This document shows, in pieces, positions 25,139 through 38,520 of a stretch of 64,000 bases of DNA. The position numbers and the translations under genes were made by a program. This DNA is from Eutreptiella sp. 'Long Island Sound 2002' (taxonomy: Eukaryota; Protista; Euglenida), in contig OZ038378.1 of NCBI GenBank assembly GCA_964036045.1, positions 29,388,001 to 29,452,000 of the forward strand, in the 5' to 3' direction. Position 1 is the stretch's first letter. The number at the start of each line of letters is the position of its first letter. The notes beneath the pieces are model-generated. The model searched no databases. It was not told the origin of the DNA and saw nothing but the letters and a program-made list of their open reading frames with translations.

Positions 25139-27302
25139 TAGTTCTAGAACAACCCCTCATTAACCACTATTCTAGTCACTAGTCAAATGGAAAATAAACA
25201 CGTTTATACGTTTATTTTCGAAAAAATGTCCGTTTTGCGGAGAGAATCGCTGTTTATTGATGTTTATTGATGTTTATGTGTGTTTTCACATATTGTTGCA
25301 TGGATTGGGGAAGGTTTTGGGTTGCCTCGTTGTGCCATTCGCTTGATAGTTGTCATTTCGGGTATGTGTCACTTACACAGGGTTCCGTAAAGCATTGCAT
25401 TCGTAGGTCTACATTTGAACAAAAAGCTTTCACCCGAAATAAATGAAGTTCTCGCTTGTAATTCGGTGCATGCCCGTGAGTAGTAGCATCAATAAACAGA
25501 CAAAACCTCAATTTCGGTAGTTCCTATGTTTCTCCATTCTTCAAGAAGAATTGTCATCTCTCGTCTTCTTGTTTGTTCACCCTTCAGACCCTGTTTTCCT
25601 GTCTCGCGTCTCGGGATGGGTGGTGATGTATGGATGTGCTGCCTCGGTCCGGTTGCACCCGAGGGTGCCAATTGGATGCACTTCGGCAATGCCTCGGCTG
25701 CCCTCAGGTACTTGCACTCCCCGGATGGTGGGGCGTTGACGGAGTTGGCACACACCCAGGTCATGCAAGCCGCCAAGACGGATGGCACGCGGGATGGCTG
25801 GGCGTTCACCATGAAGAAGCCGTCGTCTAGTGCAGGTGCGCCGGCTGTCCCACCACCATCGTCCTCACGCGCCACCCCCTCCCTAAGTCCTTTTTCTCTT
25901 GTTCCTGTACGGTGTGCATGTTGTGGCGCAAACATTTGTGGCACCAAGTATTCATGTCAGAGGTGCCACAAGGTGGTTGATGAGGCGTGCATGGCCATGG
26001 TTGGATCAAATGTGCACTGCTTTGTGTGCACTTGCCGTGCATGTGGACAGGAAATGTCCTCCCTCGACTTGGAATGTCACAAGTGTCATTTCCGTGTGCA
26101 TCCAGGGTGCACCACAGATGGTATTTGCACCTTTTGTGCCGAGAGGCACCGGCCGTTTACCCCCCCCCCCCCCCCCCAGAAGCGGCAGTTCAAAAAAGAG
26201 TGGCTCCTTACCCGGTGTTGGCTAAGGTATGGTGCTAGCAGGGACAAGATGTGGTGCATTGCATGTCAGCAATACCCTCAATGTGGCCACTCTGTTCCCT
26301 TCGTCCAAGGTACTTCGAACTTCATGTTGTGCTCCCTTAAGTATCTGTAACTAGGTAATTTTCTACATATGTGGTTCTGGGTCTGTGTCTTTTGGTTCCG
26401 TAGAACCCAGTAACATGCAACATGCTGCTGCATATCTCGGGCTCGTGGGTCTGCAGGTTTTTTGCTTTTGCTTTTCAGACCCCCGGGCAGCGCAATGTCT
26501 GGCGGCAGCAAACAATGACTTGGTGGACCAATGTGCGGCAAAATCAGCAGCAGCCCCGATGAACGTCGTCGATGTGGACGGTGACGAACAGGAGGAGGAG
26601 GAGGAGGAGGGGCGCTTATGCCTCGGGCAGGAGCACGACTGCAAGGCAGCCAGGGAGCGGGAGGGGAGTGAGTAGCCACCGGACTACTAAAGCAACTGCA
26701 GTGGGGCAGTGGAGCCCGCACACCGAAAAACGTAGAAGCATTCGAAAGTAACATGTTCCCTCTGCTTATGTTGTGCCGTTGTTTCATGTGCAGGGTATGG
26801 ATTACAGGAAGGGATTAACCGAGACCAGCAGGAAGTATTAGCATGCAAGCGCAAACACCGGGAAAGAAAAGCAATGCACAGAGGAAAAATCATTTTCAGT
26901 TGAATGAAGGTCCCGAAAATAAACAGTGATTGGCAACATCCAAGAATAAACAGCATGGGATTAGATTTGTACCAAAATTGAACAATAATATCGTGCAAGG
27001 AACCATGAATAAACCACACCCAGGAAAACATGTCTAATAAACATACAGACATATCTGAACATGTACTAGAGAATTATACATAGCTCAATGGCACCAGCCA
27101 CATGGAACAAAGTTGTGTCCTATGAACCCGCAATGGAAGGATTAGGAAAAAGGAGGCAAGCATCGGCAAAAATGGCCATTTTGATAGACAATTTGTGAAA
27201 CAAAAGGTAAAAAAACAAAAGGTTTTCGCCAAAATAAACAAGTTGCGAGTCACTAGTCAAATGGCCGTTGACTAGTATTTAATTAGAGTTTGTTCTAGAA
27301 TA
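25139..27302 (+). mobile_element. Internally deleted hAT-like DNA transposon
   Basis: ~30-bp imperfect TIRs (TAGTTCTAGAACAAcccctcattaa / ttaattagagtTTGTTCTAGAATA). GTCACTAGTCAAATGG subterminal repeat at both ends. Carries a TTF-type Zn-finger ORF but no DDE domain. No TSD recognised. Confidence 0.6.
25616..26350 (+). pseudogene. Transposase N-terminal remnant: two PHD-like Cys clusters plus TTF-type Zn finger
   Basis: CACC...CQRCHKVVDEAC...CFVC; CRAC...CHKCHFRVHPGC...CTFC; RQFKKEWLLTRCWLRYGASRDKMWCIACQQY...FVQGTSNF (ZnF_TTF pattern of hAT transposases). Truncated at 26350. Confidence 0.65.
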
Positions 27303-27428
27303 GTGCGTCGCCCTGTGTGTGGGTGGTTTGCGCCTGAGGGACAAGTGCTGAGTAGAATCATATTGTATTTACTATGTTGTAAGATGCATTCGGTTGTTGT
27401 GGAGAATTAGTAGCCCAAAAACGACAAG

Positions 27429-27600
27429 GTGTGGACCACCATGCAAGCGCTATCAAAGGCGTGCAAAGTAGCAAGCTGTTTGTGTTGCATGATCGGATGG
27501 TGCTATGTGGAGAGAAAGGGAGAAATATCTGCCATGTATCACCAATCAGGAAGTGTGCAACATGGATGTCCATTAGCAACAGACTTCGGACAAGATGATG
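27429..27600 (+). mobile_element. Non-LTR (LINE) RT fragment
   Basis: SGSVQHGCPLA resembles the RGVRQGCPLS motif of LINE RT; short and degenerate. Confidence 0.45.
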
Positions 27601-28876
27601 TCGGACATGCAAAGCCCAATGCAACATCCCGGGCTTGCACAGCGCGTGTCCTGGAGACTGTTGAAACGAATACTAAGCTACTTTTGGCCAGCTCCTTTTT
27701 GTAACCCTCCCCCCCTTCGCCATCATGGAGGGCTCTAAAAGCAGCGTGCATTTGGCGGTTGTTTTCCCACCCCCCTCTTCTCATGGGTCCTTGAGGTCTG
27801 GAGAAAAAAACTGGCCTTGGCGTTGGTACGTGCTAGAAAGTTCACACTACCTCCCCCTACCCAAAGAAAAATTTAGGAGCCCCGCCCCCCCCTCCGGATC
27901 CTCTAGTGGAGGGCCATGCCCCTCACATGCAACAAAAAGGAAAAGATGAGGCCACTTAAGGGGGGGGGGGGCATGGACCACATACCACGCTTCAACCAGT
28001 CCCCAATTGGCGACGTTGGTGTTGTCCTGGCTTGCTAGGCCTAGTGTTCTTGTTTGAGGTGGGTTAGGGGCAGAGGGGGCTTCTACAGTGGACCGGAGGG
28101 GGGAGGGTTCTTGTTTCTTTGGTACTAAGGCCATTTGGTTGCAGTGAATGCCGCATAAAGGTGCCGCATTCGAGGTCAATTGGCCGGGTGCATACCAACC
28201 GTGCCCTCGAGTAGTACACCACCGTTTTGGTTGTGGGGATGGGGTGGATGTCCTAATGCCTGCTACGCACGCTCGTGGGGGGTTCACGGGGCAAGCCGGC
28301 CATGGGGTGGGGGCGCTAGTGCTCCGAGTGAGGCATGGCTTGTACCATGCCTTGCCCAACCTTCCATGCGGAGTGGTAGTTCCCCATATTTTTGGGCAAA
28401 AATTGGGTGCTGTGGTTCGTCTGTTTACGTGCCCCCATGTTTTCTTTCTAGGGGCTCGGGATAGAGGGTTCAATGCAGGAGGTGGGGTCATGTGTTGTAG
28501 GCACACCTGGTCACATCCCTACCAGGGCTCTTCGTTGCCGTGCCTCATGGGGGGGGGGGGTCAGCAAGTCTTTTCTTCCAACTAGGCTGGGCCAATCCTA
28601 GATAGATCGCCCGGGCGGCCATTCGATTTAATTTCGGCACAGGGAACTCTAGTTAGTCTCTACTACCCATTGGGCCGGTTGTAGATGCCAGCTACTCCAC
28701 ACAAGTGGGGGGTTGAGGGGGCGAATCACACGCTATGTGCGTTTTGCACAAAGTTTGTATAAGAACATACCCAAGTTGGATAGTATTGCCCAACACCCCT
28801 AACTATCACCTTGGTGTTGTATTTATATGCATTGGTATGAGCCGCATGTATGTTTCTCCCTCAGTTCGGGTACATT

Positions 28877-29009
<133 letters not shown>

Positions 29010-29417
29010 ATGTGCATGCCATTCAAAAAGGTACAGCGTTTTGGTAACATGGTGATACGTTCGGGTACTTTGTTTAGGCTTCTCTGCTACCATGCCATCT
29101 CTCAAAACATCATCTTCACATCAATGGAAAGGGAGTACTACGTACGATCACATTCCCCACAAGCATCTCCCATCAACCTAGCAGAACCAGGAGTACTTGA
29201 TACATTCTTTAGCATGACCCCGTCACATCATCAACACCACAATGTACAACCAAAAAAAAAACAGGTGCGGTCCAAACTCCAAATGGCAATTCGTCATTCC
29301 ATGCCCCACTAAACAAATGGGGGAGCACCTGACGTGGCGCGTCCATGCCACGCGGAGATTAGGCAGTTTGGTCCAACCAAGCACCCCTTGCCTCACCTTG
29401 TATCCACGCCAAACATT

Positions 29418-29630
29418 CCACAAATTGAGTGGCCCCTTGAGTTGGGGATATGGAGTCCCAACCCACAAATTTGTGTGGCCCCTTGACTTCGGGATATGGA
29501 CTCACAATCCACAAATTGAGTAGCCCCTAGAGTCGGGGATATGGACTCACAATCCACGAGTTTGTGTGGCCCATTGAGACAGGGACATGGAATCGCAATC
29601 TACCAATTTGTCTGGCCCCTTGAGTTGGTG
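29418..29630. repeat. 45-bp tandem repeat, about 5 copies
   Basis: CCACAAATTGAGTGGCCCCTTGAGTTGGGGATATGGAGTCCCAAC unit at 29418, 29463, 29509 and 29554. Confidence 0.85.
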
Positions 29631-32600
29631 CTTGTGCAATGTCTGCGGGAAGGAGGGAATTTTACACAAGCCGAGGGTTCGCTCTCCCTCGGGGGCATTT
29701 TGGGAGGGGGCAAAAGCCAACCCATTTCTAGGAAAACCCACAGTAAAAAGTAAAAGTAGCAGGGGGCACACACACGGCGCGGATACTCTCCCATAGTATG
29801 TGTATGTAATTGCTGATTTTGGTCGTTGGCAGTGTAGGCAGAAGTTCGGGGGGTTGAAATATGTGGTTTAGGGGTGTATTATAGTTTGCATAGGGAGAAA
29901 TATTGCTAATTACCATAAAATACCCCAGTTTTACCCTGTAAACTGGGTGGGTGCCGTGTGTGCGCCGTGCACAAACATCCCCTGAGACCTTTCACCAGTC
30001 GCAACACCCCCTAGAGTTGGTCCGGGGTGCTATTCGGTCTGATCGACCATCTACCTCCCATTTAGCCCACGGGCCAGCTTCGTGGTTTGTTCCCCCCCCC
30101 CCCCCCCTGCACCTTCTCACCGGGCCTTGTAGTCCTTGGTAGGTTTGGCGACTTTTAATGTCCTAGCCACTCTTGCGATGGGAGGGTTAGGGGTTAGCGG
30201 GTTAGAGCCTGCCTGTGGCCTGCCCTTTCCCACCCCTGGCCCCCGGGTATGTCGCAACACGGCGGAAGGACGTCCGCCATGGGCTGTGTGCCCCCTCGGA
30301 GGCCCTCCCATGGCTGTGCTGCGGCCCCTGCGAGCCTCCATGGTGCAGCACCGCTGCTCCCGGCCCCGCTGGACCCCCCCCCCCTCCCCTAGACAAGGGA
30401 GCCGGTGCTCGCACCGGCCCTGCGAAGGGCATAGTGCCCAGCTGCAGCTGCAGCCCCCCCCCCCCTCCCCCTGGACCCGCAGACACCGTTGACCCCCTCC
30501 CATCACCCTGCGATGCCCCTCGCGATGGCAGCTGCAGCAGTGCCGCACCCCCCTGTGCCCCTTGCATGACTTGCATGCTGCGGCCCTGTGCTCGTCGCAC
30601 AGGGTTTGCATGGGGCACCGCGGCTGCCCCCCTCTCTTTCCCCCCACCTGCTGCACCCGCCACTGCGGGGGAGAGGAGGGGATTGCCCTCCCCCCCCTTG
30701 TGGTTGCTGCACCCCCCCTGGGGCAGGATCTGGGTCCGCCTGTGCTGCTGGGACTGCTGCCCCTGCCCCTCCCTCGCTGTCCCTCGGGGGCTGAGGGGGG
30801 TAGTCCTTGATAGGGGCCCGCTTTGGGCCTGGCTCCTTGCTAGGTGGTATCCCTCACCTTTCTCACTGGGACCTGCAAAGAGAGAGCATGGGGATGGGGG
30901 TGGTTTAGAACCTGTTGTGGGCCCAGTGGTGCAGAGGTGTAGGGATCCGACGGTAAGGGTAGGTTTTATGCACACAGCCCATTGATCAGCCGCCGGGGGC
31001 GGGGTGGCGGAGAGAGGGCCCCTCAGCGTAACCAGCATTTGGCCGCCTGTGCACAGGGTTTTGGGTGTGTGTGGTGGCGGGGGGATGCGCGCGTGCGTGT
31101 GCGTGCGAGTGTGGCGCGCTGTGGCGTGATGGATGGGTGGGTGAGTGGGTGTGTGGGTGTGTAATGGGTGTGTTTCTGGTTCTCCGAGTGAACAGTATGC
31201 ATCAGAGGTCGCTTGTCCAAGCCTGACCTTCAGCTCAACCGGTCAGTGCCTCATCTCAGGGAGAAGCCGTCCGGGGATGTTTGAAGGGCCTTGCTGATCC
31301 ACAAAATGTCCCACCCGTGGGCACCCAATGAAGGACAAGCGCCGTAACACATTGAACACAGGTTGCACAAGCACATGTCGAGTGGTCTAACGGGGAGCAC
31401 TGCACAGCACACCGTTTGGCACTTCTGTGGTCCAGACGCGGAATGCGTCGGAGTAATTCCACCCACCCCTTCTCCACATTGGGCGCTCTGCTGTCATGTC
31501 ACATTGACAGGTCTGCAGTGCAATTGTGACCGCCAGTTTGGCAGCTTTTGTTTGGGCACGGGATGACAACTCCTTCCAATACGATTGAGTCATACCAGGC
31601 GAAAACGTCGCAGGGCGCGCAGGGCATGCAAACACTCCCTCCACCAAGACTCAAACACTCCCTCCACCTGGTTGTTCACTGCACACCCAGGACCAACACA
31701 GGGATCCCGTGAGGGCGATGGCTATCGTTCCTATAACACAGTGAATGCCGTGACCCTTCAAGTGGGTTTGGCCCGTCGGATTCTGTCAACCGTCCACTGA
31801 CCTCTGACCGTCATTCCCTCGAAGAGCTCTTACTGTCCCTCTGACCGCCCGCCGGAAATCTTGCGGATGCCCTGTTTTTGCACACTGCCGTCACTCTTCA
31901 GCCTCCAGCCGCCCCGCACAGTGCCCAACTACTTAAACTGCTGTGCCAGCACTGAACCGTCGGTGGTTTGCCCCCGCCCCCTTTCCCCCCACAGCAACAG
32001 TTGACCTTTCACTGAGCACGGTGACCCCATCCAACAGTCGTTTTTCCGACCACAGTCTTGTGGTCAAAGAATATGCGATGACATGTTTGTGAGCCATTTG
32101 CAATAGGAACAGGGGCTGGGCCATGCCTGTGAAGCGTTGCTGTGCTTGAGACTGTAACCCGATTCTAATTTTTTTCCGGCGATCATGAGCAACTGTTGGT
32201 ATGATTGGGCCCAAATCCCTCATGAACCGCCTGCCTGTGGGTCACCAAGCACGGTCCTGTTTGCTTAAGCATCGGATCCCCCTTCTGGCTGTCGTTTTTG
32301 CTGAGTTCAGCAACATCATCGGTATCCGCATAGCAGCAGCAGCAGCAGCAGTGGGATGGTTTTACCCCAAGTGCAACCGGCTGTGGTTGCTACAAGCCCC
32401 CCAATACTCCCCCCTGTCCCACCGATTTTTTGACAGATAGTTGTGGGGTGGTTTGCAGCAGGCGGGCCCAGCCAACCCCCCCCCCCCCCTGTGGCAATCG
32501 CTGGTTACAGCTCCGAGGCGCAGGGTTTTAGCGAGTGTTTGCGAGCGGTGCGAGCAACACTCGTTTAAGACATCGTTTGTACACTCAGAATCTGTTTTTT

Positions 32601-33909
32601 TGTTGAGTTGTCCGCCCAGGACCAACAACTCCACCCACCCATCCCACATCTGTCTATTCCAAGCAGCCTTGTTTGGCTGCACTGCCTTGTACTGTATCAT
32701 GTAGGAGACAGGACATGGCAGTGGCGAATTGATTTTGTGGTTTGATTGCAGCAGACTGGGATTGCCGTAACTGCTCTGTCAGGCTCTGCCAGGCGCCTGG
32801 AACGTGTCTGTGACCCGACATTCCATGTACACTGAACTGGAATCCAATGGGTCAGTACCCGTAACGAATCGAAGGACCGTCTCCGGCGTCGGTGCGCGGT
32901 GCTCGGTGCGAGTGCACTGAGTGTCATGGGATTTTGGGCGGAGGTCATCTAAGCCATCATCAGAATAATATGCTATCTTCTGTTTTGCAGTGCGTTGCGA
33001 GCTCAGAAGACCACACAGACAAGACCACTCAAGGGCAGAGGCACATCTAACAACTCAGGAATACTGAGGGCTGGGCTGGCGTGTGGGACAAGATGATGGG
33101 CATGTTTTCGCATATCATCTCATGGGTCTGCTTCAATGATGACAGTGAGGTGAACGGGGACAACGACGCTGGGGTGCTGGAAGTGTGGCAAAAGAGCAGG
33201 ACAATCGTTGGTGGGGAGGGGTGCCTCAATTGTGCGACCACCTGCGATTTCCAGGCATTTTGTTGGACGTTTGTCCTCATTGGCCGATTGTCCAGCCCAG
33301 TTGCCTAGGGATGCTTTTTGCATTGGAAGGGGAGGGGGCCAAGAGCAGAGTATCAGGATTGGTTAGAAAGGCCGTCGGAGAGTGTTGCCCACGTGGGAAC
33401 GGTTACTGTCGCTTACCAAATCCCGTTGGCAGGTGCTGTTGGGGCAGAAAGTGATGGAGTGCCTGGGTTGCAGGTGTGGCCCACCCACAGCATCCCTCTC
33501 CTTGTCCTGGGGTGTTGAGGGGCTTGGGGGGCCAGACCCATACACAGCATATGGAGGCCTCAGAGCAAGTCCATCTTCATATCCATCGTTTCCAGGTACG
33601 CCCAGCCCTTTCATCCCCAACCCCAACAGCCACCGGCACCCGAGCCATGATACAATCGCCCACCGGAGCTGCCTCACAGTCATGCAGTGGCAGTGGGACA
33701 GGCACTGCGACACCGACGGGAAGGCATGGTGCAGCTATCAGGGCAATTCCGGGGCAACTCCTGACAGGATACTGTAGTACAGGAGTGGGAAGATCTTCAA
33801 GTCTTTCATTTCTTATCTCTCTTGGCATGTTAATGTGGCTCCCCAAACCTTCGCCCATGATGGGGAGCAGCAGTTTGGGTCTGTGGTTAAACTTATTGAA
33901 AAAATTTTG

Positions 33910-34160
33910 TAAGTGAAAAATACTTTGTTACTAAGTTTTTCCTCTGTGGGTGGGTTTTTTACTAAGTTCCAAAGGTTAGTAAATTTTTTTTTCTACTGAC
34001 TAGAAATATTTTTTGTACTTGGTCTTTTACTTGGTAAAAAATTGTTCACTAAATAGAAATTTTTTTTTCGCTTAAGTAGAAAAAAATTACTAACTTTGGG
34101 AACTTAGTAAGAAACCCACCCACAGAGGAAAACTTGATAACAAAGCAATTTTTTTACTTA
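33910..34160. mobile_element. AT-rich foldback MITE with ~88-bp inverted arms
   Basis: 33910-33997 (taagtgaaaaatactttgttactaagttttt cctctgtgggtgggttt...) is the reverse complement of 34075-34160. Confidence 0.8.
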
Positions 34161-34279
34161 GTTCCAAAACTGAATTAAAATTTTTACAAATTATTTTAAT
34201 TTTCTGTAATTAAGTAGATTTTTTTTACTATAGTCTTTTCCTTAATAAAAAAAGTAATTTCGACAAAGTTTTTCCCCAA

Positions 34280-34780
34280 GACGACAGGGGTTATGTAGCC
34301 ACTTCGCCCACATGTGGGCCCCCAAAGGGTTATGGAGCCGCTTTTGAGTCTGTCCTCGCTTACGGGACCCCCGAGACGGCAAGGGTTCTGTTGGCATGTT
34401 TTGATGTTGTCCCCGATTAGCCCCCCCCCCCCCCCCCAAAGATGGCAGGGGACACCTTGCCCACTTTTGGGCCCGCGAGATGGCAAGGGTTAAGTAGCCA
34501 CTTCAGATTCTGTCTCCGCACTGAGTAGTGATGACCCCCGAGATGGTCAGCGTTATGTAGCAACTGTGCCCACTTTTGGGCCCGTGCCGGCAGGGGTTCT
34601 GTTGCCACTTCTCGTTCTATCTCTGTGTTGAGTGTTGGGTACCCCCTAGAAGGCATGGGTTATGAGGCCACTTTGCCCACTTTTGGGCCCCCAAGACAAC
34701 AGGGGTTGGGTGGCCACTTTTAATTCTCTCCCCGCGTTGAGCATTGGGGAATCCCGAGACGGCAGGGTCACCGATAGCGA
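34280..34780. repeat. Degenerate 40-60-bp satellite (GCCCACTTTTGGGCCC...GGCAAGGGTTATGTAGCC)
   Basis: Eight or more recurrences of gggttNtgtNgcc and gcccacttttgggccc. Confidence 0.7.
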
Positions 34781-35410
34781 TGGCTCATTTCCACAATCCT
34801 TACTAGAGGTTGAGGCACTATTTGGTTACAATTGGGAGCCACTACATGTCACGGTTCCAGGCTCATCGCCTCAGCGATATGAGCAGGAGGCACGCCATTT
34901 CAGGGACCTAATGTCAAACAACTATTTCACACATTGTGTTGAGATTGTGGTACATCACTGGTGGACAGCCTAGAACGCTCAATGCAGATGGGGACACAAC
35001 GGGTGTGGCAAGGGTTGTCCATAATTCGTTGTGGGATGTGTTGTGTGCCGGTCAACAACATAGAAAGGAGTTGGTTGAATCATGGGTGCACCACACTTTG
35101 CAAGCCGTGTCCATTGATATGTCGTTTGCACCACCCTTGATTGTGGTGCAAGCATATAATTTGGCCAATTGACATTCGCAGTGACCCACTGTAATTATCA
35201 AGGGTCCTTGCGGCTAATTGTAAGGTGAGGGGTGTAAACGATCTCAGTGGTGGAAGTCCTCTCTTTGTCATCTTCAGAGCGATCTATGCCATTTTGGCAG
35301 CTCGCATGTATCGTTGGTGCTGATTGTCGAGGCGGTTCGCTTTGGAGCTGGTGACATGTAGTCGTTGCTGCCGTCCACATTGAGGTTGTGCATTGCCTAT
35401 CAGCCGTGGA

Positions 35411-35548
35411 ATGGCCCCCAAGCGTAAAGGGGGAACAAAGTTGCCGAAGATCGCCTCCAAAGGCAAACCTGCGCCAAAGCAAACAAACAAGGCGCCAGCA
35501 AAGATGGAGTCCTCACCCAAATCGTCATCATCGGTCACACCCGTGCAG
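35411..35548 (+). other. Candidate first coding exon of an unassigned gene or TE ORF (MAPKRK... NLS-like, K/S/P-rich)
   Basis: CAG 7 nt upstream of the ATG, 46 open codons, CAG|GTgcat donor. Possible downstream phase-0 exons at 35732 and 36840-36899. Confidence 0.3.
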
Positions 35549-35951
35549 GTGCATACCGCTGCTTACCTCCTGTCGTTCCCATCCCTTGCCTTGGGGGCAC
35601 AGCCCTGAACCCTCAAGAGTAGAGGGGAGTCTGCTGCATATTGTCACGTACCCCCCCTCCCTCACATACGCACGGCCAAGTGGATGCACGGGGACCCCGT
35701 GTTGCCGACGGTTTTTCTTTTTTTACCACAGTTTTGCGGTCAAGAATGTACGGTGACGTGGTCGTGCACCGATTGTAGAAGGGACCAACTGCATTGGGTG
35801 ATACACAGACGAAGAGGGCCTAAAGCATGCTTCACATGTGATAAGACATTATGAGGGGTCACAATATCACAAAACTCAGTTTTCGGATTGAGCTTTTGTA
35901 CCCCACGGAAGAGTTTGGGCCACTTTACACCAAACCTCCCTTAGCCCCCGC

Positions 35952-35988
<37 letters not shown>

Positions 35989-38424
35989 CGTGCGTTTGTG
36001 CGTGTGTGTGCGCGCGTTTGTGTGTAGTTCAGCACGCATCAGCAGCACACTCGCTGTTCACGGCAAATGAAAATTGCTCTAGAACCTAGAACTGCCACAG
36101 GCAACAAAGAGCTGCCATAGAATCGAAGAAGTGAAATGAGAGAGACGAAAACTCCCGGCGGGGCAATTGGCACACACGCACACTCGCGCGCGCACATACA
36201 CACACGGACAGTCGCCGCCAGCTCAACAATGGCCCTGTAAGCTGCAGCACAGGGGCCAGGGATGCAGGTGCAGAGAACCCATGCAGGGGGGCCAAGCGCG
36301 CTTCCGCGTCTCAGGGCACCAAGACGAGGACCCTCCGAGAGCAACGGCTCCACCATCTGGGGGTGAGGCCAGGAAAGCAAGGGCCACCCTCTGCAGACCG
36401 TCGCCGCAAGGGCAGACAGGTCAACTCAGGAAGCAGCCCTGCCGCAAGGCTTGGTTCAGGGTGAGGTACGGGGCTCATCTTTCTGCACTTCCAGTGGGCA
36501 CGACATCCCGGCAATTGCCTTCTGGTAACAGCGCCTTTGGCATGCGCACGTGCACAAACACACCTGCCTTTGATATATCTGGCCAGAAAAGCTTACCGAC
36601 ATCCGGCAAGATACCCCTTTTTACATGTCCCCAAGGGCATCCAGCATTGCATTATACTTGTAGATGAGAACATTTGCTGTTCCCACTCAACTCAATTTGT
36701 CTCAAATCAATTCGTAATTTCATTTATATTGCTTTGTTGCCTGCCGTTCATGGCCTTTGTTGGTCTCGATTGTCTCCATTTGTCTCTAATGGATCGATAT
36801 TAACCCGATTGTGCCGCAGCTGTTTTTTGTGCATTTCAGGCACCATCGGCGCAGGTGTTACCTGCTGTTCCAAGTCCTACACAAGAAGCTTCCTCGAAGG
36901 TTGCAACCCTGCTGGTCTGCAGATGCTGCATTGGGTACCCCCCCTGCCCCAAACGTAAACCCCCCCCCCCTCACGGTTTTGTGGATTACTATAAGATTCT
37001 ATTAGCACCAAAGAAGCACAAAAGAAGAACCGGAGCAGGTCCAGAACCACCGGACCCCCTTCAAATGCGCCAAAGGGATCCGAATTGGATGTTGAAAGCA
37101 TCTGCACAACTCACAAAAGGCAAACGTCAAAGGCTTTTCTGAGGGTTTTGAACGAAAGTCATGTTATTGCTGCTCCCCCCGCGGCCATGCCAATGTACGC
37201 CTTCGGAAGGAAGAGACACGGCTGTGTTTCGTTTGCCAACGGACCAACCTTTCGGGAAAAAAAATCATCGCCCAGGCCAATGGCATGGGGCGGGCAGGGG
37301 GCGGGGCAGGGAGGGGGGGGGGATAAAGTCATAGGCAGTCATGGGTCGATCATGGGTAGAGTACTGATTGCTGCTTTGGGGAAGTGCGAACGGTTGCCAG
37401 GTTGTCCGAGAGGAACACAGAGTGCTCATCCCGGGTTCTGTGATGACCTCTGTTTGGGGGCTGCGGGGTCACTGGCACTTTGCCCTCCATCACAAGAACA
37501 TACAGGCGCCGGTATCAAGACCTGCGCTCAGCATTGAAGAGGGGCATGTGGAGTCGTTCACTTCCACTGATGTGCCCGGTCGCGTATTGTCATGGGACGC
37601 ACGGGCGGTCGAGTCTGTGGAGAGGGTGCACAGAGTGCGGACAAGGGTAATCCTGTGCTTTGGGCGCCCCCCTCACACGACCCTTTTGGTCAGATTATGT
37701 TTGATCGTTGAGAGTGGGACTGCCGTCCCTCTGCTCACAGGTGCTGCGTCTGCCCCTTGGCGTCCCTCCCACGCCGGGGCCGGCCCTGCTTGGCACAAAA
37801 TCTTGTCTGGAATGCGCGCACGGGAGGTGGGGGATAGAGCCTCAAAAAACTAATGGGAGGGGGGCGGGCAGGGGCCTCAATTAATCAGGGCCATGAACCC
37901 GTGACCATGAAGTCCGAACGCGCTGCAGAAGATTTTGTGGGGGGCAAAAATTGTCAAAACATTTTCACCGCGTCGCAGACCAGTGATGATGTTGCCAGAG
38001 CCCCTCGTCGCGCTAATTCCACAGATGCGGTGTTCACTTTGTCTGACATTTGGGGTCGCTGAGGGGCTTTAAGGGGGTGCGATCAATGCGCATGTGCACG
38101 GCAGACACATGTTTTGACGACGACATGACACCGCTTTCCATGAGGGCCACAACATGCGGAGGGGTGTGGCACGGGTGATATGGCGCGCAGTGCTGGGGGA
38201 TGGGGGGGGGGGGGCGGCACTGGCAAGGGCTGCACACAACACAAGGCACCGCAGATTTGGTCGCCCTGTTGGTGTGCAAAAGAGGCTTGAAAATTTCCCA
38301 GCCTCTCTGGTGTTTCACGCCTGCGGGGCACTTACATGCGACTCCATTTACATGTGACTCTGTTCGGCCAGGGGGAGATTGCTCCGGGGGGGGGGGGGGG
38401 GTTTGTATGAACCCCTTTTCAACC

Positions 38425-38520
38425 CTTCTGTCTGGGCTCTTCTGTCTGGGCTCTTCTGTCCGGGCTCTTCTGTCTGGGCTCTTCTGTCTGGGCTCTTCTG
38501 TCTGGGCTCTTCTGTCTGGG
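38425..38520. repeat. 14-bp minisatellite (CTTCTGTCTGGGCT) x ~7
   Basis: Direct reading. Confidence 0.9.

Noticed and set aside
36980-37010. DYYKIL, resembling a DnaJ start
   Set aside because: No HPD motif or J-domain follows.
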